64,000 nucleotides of DNA from an uncultured Actinomycetes bacterium (GTDB lineage: Bacteria; Actinomycetota; Actinomycetes; S36-B12; UBA10799), in contig CAMPEQ010000008.1 of NCBI GenBank assembly GCA_946803585.1, positions 141,786-205,785 of the forward strand. The letters run 5' to 3'. The notes beneath the pieces are model-generated. The model was not told the origin of the DNA. It saw only the letters and a program-made list of their open reading frames with translations, and did not search any database. Of the stretch, positions 57,161 to 64,000 are shown piece by piece; the first letter of the stretch is position 1, and each line of letters starts with the position of its first letter. The translations under genes and the position numbers were made by a program.

Positions 57161-58768
57161 ATGACTGCGCAACCCGATGTACCGGTGACTGAAGCCGACG
57201 CGATTGATTCGCACACAACTGCGGGCAAGATCGCCGAGCTCCAGCGGCGACGCGACGCAGCGGAGCATGCGGGCTCAGACAAGGCCGTGGCCAAACAACA
57301 CGAGCGCGGAAAGATGACCGCCCGAGAGAGGATTGACGGTCTACTCGACCCCGGATCCTTCGTCGAACTCGACGCCCTCGCCCGTCACCGCAGCAATAGC
57401 TTCGGTCTTGAAGCGAACCGACCATTCGGTGACGGCGTTGTCACCGGGTACGGCACGATCGACGGTCGCCCCGTCTGCGTCTTCGCCCAAGACTTCACTG
57501 TCTTCGGTGGGAGTCTCGGTGAGGTCTTCGGCGAGAAGATCGTGAAAGTTATGGATCTCGCCATGAAGACCGGCGTTCCCGTCATTGGCATTAACGACTC
57601 CGGTGGCGCGCGAATCCAAGAGGGTGTTGTCTCGCTGGCCAAGTACGGCGACATCTTCATGCGCAATGTTCAGGCGTCCGGAGTTATCCCACAGATCTCA
57701 TTGATCATGGGGCCGTGCGCGGGCGGGGCGGTCTACTCCCCCGCCATCACCGACTTCATCGTGATGGTCGATAAGACCTCGCATATGTTCATCACCGGAC
57801 CAGACGTCATTAAGACCGTCACCGGTGAAGATGTCCCCTTCGAAGAGCTAGGCGGAGCGCACACCCACAACTCGAAATCTGGTGTCGCCCACTACATGGG
57901 CTCAGATGAGCAAGACGCGTTGGACTATGTGAAGTCGGTCTTGTCCTTCCTGCCGAGTAACAACACCGAGATGCCTCCTGCCGAGGAGATCGAAGCAGAC
58001 CTCGAGGTCAACGACGAAGACCTAGCGCTCGACACATTCATTCCTGATTCGATGAACCAGCCGTACGATATGCACACCATCATCGAGTCCATCGTTGACG
58101 ACGCCGACTTCCTTGAGGTTCAGCCGCTCTTTGCCCCGAACCTGCTGACCGGTTTCGGCCGTGTCGAAGGCCGCCCCGTCGGGATCGTCGCAAACCAGCC
58201 CATGCAGTTCGCTGGGACGCTGGATATCGATGCTTCGGAGAAGGCTTCCCGCTTCGTGCGAACCTGTGACGCCTTCAACGTTCCCGTTCTCACTTTCGTC
58301 GATGTTCCGGGCTTCTTGCCGGGCACCGACCAGGAATGGAACGGCATCATTCGTCGCGGCGCCAAGCTCATCTACGCCTACTGTGAAGCAACGGTCCCCA
58401 AGGTCACAGTCATCACTCGCAAGGCCTACGGCGGCGCGTATGACGTCATGGGGTCCAAGCACCTTGGCGGAGATGTCTCGCTAGCGTGGCCGACCGCACA
58501 AATCGCTGTGATGGGTGCACAAGGCGCAGTCAACATTCTGTATCGCAAGGAGCTGCTCGCTGCCGACGATCCAGAAGCCGAGCGTGCGCGCCTACTAGTT
58601 GAGTATGACGACACTCTGGCGAACCCGTACTTGGCTGCTGAGCGTGGCTACGTGGACCGCGTAATCATGCCGCACGAGACCCGGGCACAGGTCGTGCTTG
58701 CGCTGCGCGCACTACGGACCAAGCGCGAATCGATGCCACCGAAGAAGCACGGGAACATCCCGCTGTGA
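57161..58768 (+). CDS. accD5: Propionyl/acetyl-CoA carboxylase carboxyltransferase beta subunit
   Basis: The ATG at 57161 has GAGGGG upstream ([27 protein letters not shown]...). Motifs [37 protein letters not shown]. Divergent from birA, as in mycobacteria. Confidence 0.93.
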   Translation: MTAQPDVPVTEADAIDSHTTAGKIAELQRRRDAAEHAGSDKAVAKQHERGKMTARERIDGLLDPGSFVELDALARHRSNSFGLEANRPFGDGVVTGYGTIDGRPVCVFAQDFTVFGGSLGEVFGEKIVKVMDLAMKTGVPVIGINDSGGARIQEGVVSLAKYGDIFMRNVQASGVIPQISLIMGPCAGGAVYSPAITDFIVMVDKTSHMFITGPDVIKTVTGEDVPFEELGGAHTHNSKSGVAHYMGSDEQDALDYVKSVLSFLPSNNTEMPPAEEIEADLEVNDEDLALDTFIPDSMNQPYDMHTIIESIVDDADFLEVQPLFAPNLLTGFGRVEGRPVGIVANQPMQFAGTLDIDASEKASRFVRTCDAFNVPVLTFVDVPGFLPGTDQEWNGIIRRGAKLIYAYCEATVPKVTVITRKAYGGAYDVMGSKHLGGDVSLAWPTAQIAVMGAQGAVNILYRKELLAADDPEAERARLLVEYDDTLANPYLAAERGYVDRVIMPHETRAQVVLALRALRTKRESMPPKKHGNIPL

Positions 58769-59025
58769 CCTCCAACGAGGCACCCGAAGGGACTGAGGGG
58801 TCGACTGAGCGCGGGCAGCAGGTCAACTTGCGCGTGGTCTCGGGAAATCCGAAGCCGGAGGAGCTTGCGGCAGTTATCGCGGTGATCTCCGCCGCTGCGA
58901 GTGCCGCTGACGTGGAAGTCGTCGAGCCAAAACCGGCTCCCTGGTCCGCGCCTAGTTCCATGCATCGCCCGGCTATGCCAGCCCCTGGCCCGGGCGTATG
59001 GGCACAGTTGGGTCGCCACCGCTAA
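58765..59025 (+). CDS. accE5: Acyl-CoA carboxylase epsilon subunit
   Basis: 86 aa. [24 protein letters not shown] pattern. GTGA overlap with the accD5 stop. Confidence 0.8.
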   Translation: MTSNEAPEGTEGSTERGQQVNLRVVSGNPKPEELAAVIAVISAAASAADVEVVEPKPAPWSAPSSMHRPAMPAPGPGVWAQLGRHR

Positions 59026-59054
59026 CTCAAGCGCGGACCCTCAATCCCCTGGCC

Positions 59055-59705
59055 TTAATACGCTACGACGTCTAACCACGGCACACCTATGTCGGCCAGC
59101 ATGCGGCGCAGCAGGGGAAGCGACAGGCCGATGACGTTGCTGGGATCGCCGTTGACCCCATCGATGAATGGTGACGACAAGCCATCCAGCGTGAACGAAC
59201 CGGCAACATGGATCGGTTCTCCAGTCGCGACGTAGGCGGCGATCTCGAGAGCCGACATCGCCGAGAAGTGCACCTCGGTGGAGCCAACGGCCGATACCGA
59301 ACGTCCACTCTTCAAGTCGATTACGGTGTGACCGGTATGGAGCACCCCTTGCGTTCCTTGCATGCGTTCGAGTCGAGCAGTTGCGGCCTGCGCGTCAGCG
59401 GGTTTTCCCAGAATCTCTCCTTGCCAGGACAACAGCGAATCACAGCCAATGATCAACTGGTTCACGTCAGTCTCGTCTGCCCGCTCGACCCTGAACCGAG
59501 CTGCAACATCGTTCGCCTTCGCTAGGGCGAGTAGCTCCACAAGCTCAGTCGCCCCCGACCAGCGCGAGGCGACCGCAACCGCGTCCTCATCGACAGCGCT
59601 GGGACACACTCGGGGCTCCACGCCAGCATTGCGCAGTAACTGCAACCGAGCCGGAGACGCCGATGCCAGGACTACACTGCGGGCGGGCTTCTCGACAGTC
59701 ACCAT
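59055..59705 (-). CDS. maf: Maf-family nucleoside triphosphate pyrophosphatase
   Basis: 216 aa. VVLASASPARLQLLRNAG, IGCDS and GSFTLDG motifs. Confidence 0.9.
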   Translation of the reverse strand: MVTVEKPARSVVLASASPARLQLLRNAGVEPRVCPSAVDEDAVAVASRWSGATELVELLALAKANDVAARFRVERADETDVNQLIIGCDSLLSWQGEILGKPADAQAATARLERMQGTQGVLHTGHTVIDLKSGRSVSAVGSTEVHFSAMSALEIAAYVATGEPIHVAGSFTLDGLSSPFIDGVNGDPSNVIGLSLPLLRRMLADIGVPWLDVVAY

Positions 59706-59787
59706 GGAGTAAGCGTCACATACGTCAACGTCCGACTCGAAGGTGACGACATCGTGCGGTGATATTCACTCCCATGACCAGTCGTCA

Positions 59788-60810
59788 CTACGCTTGATCA
59801 TGGTTGTTCCAGGCAGCCCATGCGGACCTGACCATATCCGCCAAGCCGAGCTCCGCCCGCCACCCTAGTTCGGCTGATATCAGCCGTGGATCCGCAACGA
59901 GAGCGGCCGGATCACCAGCTCGCCGTGGCACGGAGATCGGGCTGACGTCGCAGTCCACGACTTCGTTGACGACCTCAAGTACCTCCCGCACGGAGCTGCC
60001 GAGGCCTCGGCCAACGTTGTAGGTGGCGTGCACGGCACCCACGTCGGCGGATTGGCAGCGCTGCACGGCCGCAACGTGAGCCGCTGCCAAGTCAGCGACA
60101 TGGATGTAATCGCGAATACAGGTTCCATCCGGAGTCGGATAGTCATCGCCAAAGATCTTCGGCGCATTGCCGTCGGCTATCGCCCGCAAGGCAAGCGGGA
60201 TCAGATTTGCGACGCTCGGATCGCCTAAGTCGGGGCTCCCCGCACCCGCCACGTTGAAGTACCGCAGTAGAACGAACGAGAGGCCGCTCGGACAAGGCCC
60301 GAGGAGTTCCTCGTCAATCGATCGGGTAGCCAACGCACGTGCCTGAGCCCGAACCGCTAGCTCCCCAAAAAGCTTGGTTTCACCATACGGATTGGTCGGA
60401 ACAGTTCCGGAGTCCTCGCGAATCAACGCCAAGTCTGGCTCGCCATATACCGCCGCGGACGAGGAATAGACGATCCTGGGTACGCCGGTGAGCGCCATCG
60501 CTTCAAGGACAGATAACAGGCCATCGACGTTACTGCGGTAGTAGTAGAGCGGCCGATCAACGGACTCGCCGACCGCCTTCTTAGCAGCAAGATGGATCAC
60601 GCCGTCGATCTGCTGTTCCCGGAGTGTCTCAGTAAGTAAGTCGGTGTTCGCGACATCCCCCACCACCAGTTCGGCGCTCGCTGGGACGCGCTTGGCAATA
60701 CCAGTGGAAAGATCATCGAAGACAACCACCTCAACGCCAGATGCCAAGAGTTGGCGCGCAACATGCGAGCCGATATAGCCTGCGCCCCCGGTCAATAGCC
60801 ACCGTGCCAC
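59788..60810 (-). CDS. galE: UDP-glucose 4-epimerase
   Basis: 340 aa. [21 protein letters not shown] and YGETK (YxxxK) motifs. GTG start. Confidence 0.9.
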   Translation of the reverse strand: MARWLLTGGAGYIGSHVARQLLASGVEVVVFDDLSTGIAKRVPASAELVVGDVANTDLLTETLREQQIDGVIHLAAKKAVGESVDRPLYYYRSNVDGLLSVLEAMALTGVPRIVYSSSAAVYGEPDLALIREDSGTVPTNPYGETKLFGELAVRAQARALATRSIDEELLGPCPSGLSFVLLRYFNVAGAGSPDLGDPSVANLIPLALRAIADGNAPKIFGDDYPTPDGTCIRDYIHVADLAAAHVAAVQRCQSADVGAVHATYNVGRGLGSSVREVLEVVNEVVDCDVSPISVPRRAGDPAALVADPRLISAELGWRAELGLADMVRSAWAAWNNHDQA

Positions 60811-60928
60811 GTTGATTCACACCCCTTCAGTTGCCTCACGCGTTCCCCGACGCAAGGCATTCAATCAGGCCTCCATAGACTCAGCGGGTCATAGACCACT
60901 AGTTGTGCCGCTATTTTTAGGAGTCCTC

Positions 60929-62686
60929 GTGCGTAAGGTGCTGATTGCAAACCGTGGCGAGATTGCAGTTCGAGTCGCTCGCGCCTGTCGCGATGCTGGG
61001 CTTGAGAGCGTTGCTATCTACGCCGAGCCCGACCGCGATGCTGTGCACGTCAAGGTCGCAGATGAGGCATACGCCCTCGGCGGAACGACGGCAGCTGATT
61101 CCTACCTCGTCGTGGACAAGATCCTGCAAGCGGCTGCAGACAGTGGCGCGGATGCCGTTCACCCCGGGTACGGCTTCCTTTCCGAGAACGCTGACTTCGC
61201 GCAAGCCGTCATCGATGCCGGACTGACATGGATCGGTCCGCCGCCGGAGGCAATCCGGTCCCTAGGCGACAAAGTCGCCGCACGCCATATCGCCCAACGC
61301 GCCGGTGCACCGCTGGTGGCCGGAACTCCCGATCCGGTAGAGAGCTCCGACGAGGTAGTTGCCTTTGCCAAAGAACATGGGCTACCGATTGCTATTAAGG
61401 CCGCATTTGGCGGAGGTGGACGCGGGCTCAAGGTTGCCCGGGACCTAGACGAAGTAGCCGAGCTCTACGATTCAGCGGTTCGCGAGGCCGTGGCTGCTTT
61501 TGGTCGCGGCGAGTGCTTCGTCGAGCGCTACCTCGACCAACCACGACACGTCGAGACTCAGGTCCTAGCAGACACACACGGGAACGTCGTCGTTGTCTCC
61601 ACCCGGGACTGCTCGCTGCAGCGTCGCCACCAAAAGCTCGTTGAGGAGGCCCCAGCGCCCTTCCTCACCGACGCCCAGGTTGACGAGCTGTACAGCTCGT
61701 CAAAGGCGATCTTCAAGGAGGCCGGCTACATCGGGGCGGGAACGTGCGAGTTCCTCGTCGGTCAAGACGGAACGATTTCCTTCCTCGAGGTCAACACCCG
61801 CCTTCAGGTGGAACACCCGGTAAGCGAGGAGGTCGCTGGCATCGACCTAGTTCGTGAGCAGTTCCGCATCGCTGATGGAGAGGAACTCGGCTACTCCGAT
61901 CCTGAGCTTCGTGGCCACTCCTTCGAGTTCCGCATCAATGGCGAGGATCCCGGCCGCAACTTCCTGCCTGCACCAGGCTCACTAGAGACCTGGGAGCCGC
62001 CGAGTGGGCCCGGCGTCCGCGTCGACAGTGGCTTCCAACCCGGCGACGTCGTGGGCGGCAACTTCGATTCGCTCCTGGCCAAACTCATTGTGACCGGCAG
62101 CGATCGCCAGCAAGCCCTTGAGCGCTCACGTCGTGCCCTAGCCGAGTTCGAGGTTGATGGAATCGCGACCGCGCTTACCTTCCACCGGGTAGTCGTTAGT
62201 GACGACGACTTCGCCCCTGCTGACCCCGATGAGGCATTCAAGGTCCACACCCGTTGGATCGAAACAGAGTTCAACAACACGATTCCGCCCTATGCCGGAG
62301 CTGCCGGAGAGGTCACCGAGGCGCAGCCACGCCAATCGGTTGTCGTGGAAGTCGGCGGGAAACGCCTCGACGTATCGCTTCCGGCCGATCTGGCGCTAGG
62401 CGGTGGAGGCGCTGCTAAGAAGGCCGGGCCAAAGCGCTCGCGCGGTAAGAAGGCGGGAGCCGCGGCCTCTGGCGATGCTGTGGCAACACCAATGCAGGGA
62501 ACCGTCGTGAAGATCGCCGTTGAAGAGGGGCAACAAGTCGAGGCAGGGGATCTCATCGTCGTTCTTGAGGCCATGAAGATGGAACAGCCACTAAACGCTC
62601 ACCGGGCCGGCACGGTCACTAGCCTGAATGCCGAGACTGGCGTTACCGTTCCTACAGGAACAGTGATCTGTGAGATCAAGGACTAG
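60929..62686 (+). CDS. accA3: Acetyl/propionyl-CoA carboxylase alpha subunit (biotin carboxylase + BCCP)
   Basis: The GTG at 60929 has AGGAG 6 nt upstream ([24 protein letters not shown]). ATP-grasp core. C-terminal biotinyl motif LEAMKME. Confidence 0.93.
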   Translation: MRKVLIANRGEIAVRVARACRDAGLESVAIYAEPDRDAVHVKVADEAYALGGTTAADSYLVVDKILQAAADSGADAVHPGYGFLSENADFAQAVIDAGLTWIGPPPEAIRSLGDKVAARHIAQRAGAPLVAGTPDPVESSDEVVAFAKEHGLPIAIKAAFGGGGRGLKVARDLDEVAELYDSAVREAVAAFGRGECFVERYLDQPRHVETQVLADTHGNVVVVSTRDCSLQRRHQKLVEEAPAPFLTDAQVDELYSSSKAIFKEAGYIGAGTCEFLVGQDGTISFLEVNTRLQVEHPVSEEVAGIDLVREQFRIADGEELGYSDPELRGHSFEFRINGEDPGRNFLPAPGSLETWEPPSGPGVRVDSGFQPGDVVGGNFDSLLAKLIVTGSDRQQALERSRRALAEFEVDGIATALTFHRVVVSDDDFAPADPDEAFKVHTRWIETEFNNTIPPYAGAAGEVTEAQPRQSVVVEVGGKRLDVSLPADLALGGGGAAKKAGPKRSRGKKAGAAASGDAVATPMQGTVVKIAVEEGQQVEAGDLIVVLEAMKMEQPLNAHRAGTVTSLNAETGVTVPTGTVICEIKD

Positions 62687-62728
62687 CAAGTAGTCGCCGA
62701 TGGGCAACCGATTGGGTGAGGAGACAAG

Positions 62729-63481
62729 GTGGGACGCTCCCGTAGCACCGGTCTAATCGTCGCACTCGTCGGACTGCTGGCGATCCCCGTGATTGCTGCG
62801 AGTCCCTCTGCCGCAGCTCCTGACGAGCCGAGTCAGAGCCCTTCCACCAGCACCCTGGCGCAGGCCCCGGTTGAGCCAATCGTCGAACCGATGCCACCCA
62901 CGCCAGTCCCGGGCAACCCGCTCGATGAGCCCGTCGACAGTGAGCCGTTCAACTTGCAAGGCGTGGCAGTCGCAGCCCTGCGACAAGAACCGCCGTTTTT
63001 TCAAGTCAGTCGTGCCCCACTGGCGGTGGCCCCGAATGAGGTCTCCCAGGTCACCGCAGCTATCAACGACGCTGGCACTCCAATGTTTGTGGTGATCCTG
63101 CCAGGATCTACCGGCTATGCGGCGGGATTCAGTCGTGAGGTGAGCCAAGCGATGGGGCTACCTGGAACGTACCTTTCGATAATCGGAACCGTCTTCGACA
63201 CCTACTCGACAGAGATCGATTCCCAAGCAATCCTCACCCGGGCGTACACAGAGCAGGGACCGAACGGCACTGCTGCGGTGATCACCCGATTCGCTGAGCT
63301 CTCCGGGCAAGCTGCCCAGGGCCCACTTCCCACTCCTGACATGGTGGCGTGGCGTCCAACACTGATCTACGTCGGCGTTGTACTTGCGGTTGGCGTTGGT
63401 TTCCTCCTGGTCCGATCTAAATCACCGGAGGAAGCCGAACCGGAGCCGGCTCCGGGTGCGGTCGACCTTCCCGCGCCCTAG
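62729..63481 (+). CDS. Hypothetical secreted / C-terminally membrane-anchored protein
   Basis: 250 aa. GTG start with GAGGAG upstream. Signal-like LIVALVGLLAIPVIAASPSAAA, Pro-rich linker, C-terminal TM LIYVGVVLAVGVGFLLV. No family recognised. Confidence 0.6.
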   Translation: MGRSRSTGLIVALVGLLAIPVIAASPSAAAPDEPSQSPSTSTLAQAPVEPIVEPMPPTPVPGNPLDEPVDSEPFNLQGVAVAALRQEPPFFQVSRAPLAVAPNEVSQVTAAINDAGTPMFVVILPGSTGYAAGFSREVSQAMGLPGTYLSIIGTVFDTYSTEIDSQAILTRAYTEQGPNGTAAVITRFAELSGQAAQGPLPTPDMVAWRPTLIYVGVVLAVGVGFLLVRSKSPEEAEPEPAPGAVDLPAP

Positions 63482-63507
63482 CCGATGACGGGTTCACCCG
63501 ACTGCGG

Positions 63508-64000
63508 TCAGACGATGTGCAGCCGTCGGGCAGCCTCGGCAGTCGATCCTGACATCGACGGATAGACAGTGAAGGTCTGAGCAAGATCGTCAACAGTGAG
63601 GTGTTGACGGACGGCCAGCGCGATCGGGTGGATCAAATCACTCGCTCGTGGTGCGACCACGACTCCGCCGCGAACGACGCCGTCGGGGCCAACAACAATC
63701 TTCACGAAGCCGTCTTCGGTGCCCTGCATCTTGGCTCGAGCATTCGACGACAGGTACTGGGTGTGAACCCGACCCTCAAGCTCACCGGACTCCACCTGGT
63801 GAGCGGGCACGCCAACAGTGGCAATCTCCGGGTCGGTGAAGACCGCCGATGACACTTCCTGGAGCTTCAGCGGTGCTACTGCATCACCCAATGCGTGCCA
63901 CATCGCGATACGGCCCTGCATCGCGGCCACGGAAGCTAGCGCTAGCACCCCAGTAACATCCCCTGCCGCATAGACCCCCATGACGTTCGTCCGAGAGACC
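63508..64000 (-). CDS. lpdA: Pyridine nucleotide-disulfide oxidoreductase, LpdA-like NAD(P)H dehydrogenase; N-terminal part lies beyond the window end
   Basis: The C-terminal 160 aa are visible. GVYAAGDVTGVLALASVAAMQGRIAMWHALG and the dimerisation domain ...TVYPSMSGSTAEAARRL closely resemble my memory of M. tuberculosis LpdA (Rv3303c). Confidence 0.85.
   Translation of the reverse strand, partial: VSRTNVMGVYAAGDVTGVLALASVAAMQGRIAMWHALGDAVAPLKLQEVSSAVFTDPEIATVGVPAHQVESGELEGRVHTQYLSSNARAKMQGTEDGFVKIVVGPDGVVRGGVVVAPRASDLIHPIALAVRQHLTVDDLAQTFTVYPSMSGSTAEAARRLHIV

Noticed and set aside
56253-58768. Mutually overlapping long ORFs for birA (390 aa) and accD5 (602 aa).
   Set aside because: Both extensions read as Arg/Pro/Ser-rich shadow sequence. 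I trimmed to GTG 57116 (birA) and RBS-supported ATG 57161 (accD5), leaving a 44-bp divergent gap.
1-64000. tRNA, rRNA, CRISPR arrays, transposases or integrases.
   Set aside because: No T-loop-like GGTTCGAATCC-type sequence occurs in any intergenic gap. There are no regularly spaced repeats. No ORF has DDE, tyrosine or serine recombinase motifs. Eye-scanning is not exhaustive, so tRNAscan, Infernal and ISfinder would be decisive.

Overview
Gene-dense, high-GC (about 60% by eye) actinobacterial chromosome segment. I call 59 protein-coding genes, two of them cut by the window edges. I recognised no rRNA, tRNA, CRISPR array, transposase or integrase. All calls rest on reading the supplied translations and the DNA by eye; no searches were run, and family names come from remembered motifs.

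The backbone follows the gene order I remember from the Mycobacterium tuberculosis Rv3198c-Rv3303c neighbourhood: uvrD2-nudC; secA-hpf-comF; ahcY; manA-SIS-manB; DUF3499; a whiB2-type whiB; fbiA-fbiB (here with fbiC divergent); manC; TIGR03089 plus an LCP ligase; fadE25; purE-purK; birA / accD5-accE5-maf ... accA3; lpdA.

Accessory content is concentrated at 30.2-47.1 kb. It is a two-part cell-wall glycopolymer locus split by the core gene fadE25 and bracketed by two LCP ligases:
- Part A (31.2-39.8 kb): two TagF-like polyol-phosphate transferases, a Bcs1-type fused CDP-ribitol synthase, and a secreted M23-like peptidase with a very basic FN3-like tail.
- Part B (41.2-47.1 kb): UDP-glucose dehydrogenase, an ABC-2 exporter pair, an ExoA-like GT2 and the second LCP.

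Main hunt result: part A also carries three full-length paralogues of an unassigned ~370-aa protein. Their N-terminal KTG(T/S)T loop and RRxDxxxxS motif look like sulfotransferase PAPS-binding loops. Each copy sits next to a different transferase.

Other accessory items:
- a stand-alone sulfotransferase inserted next to whiB;
- an aspartate-less LuxR-type response regulator beside hpf;
- an ArsR-SRPBCC-PH-adenylate cyclase cluster beside birA;
- several small inverted or direct repeats in intergenic regions.
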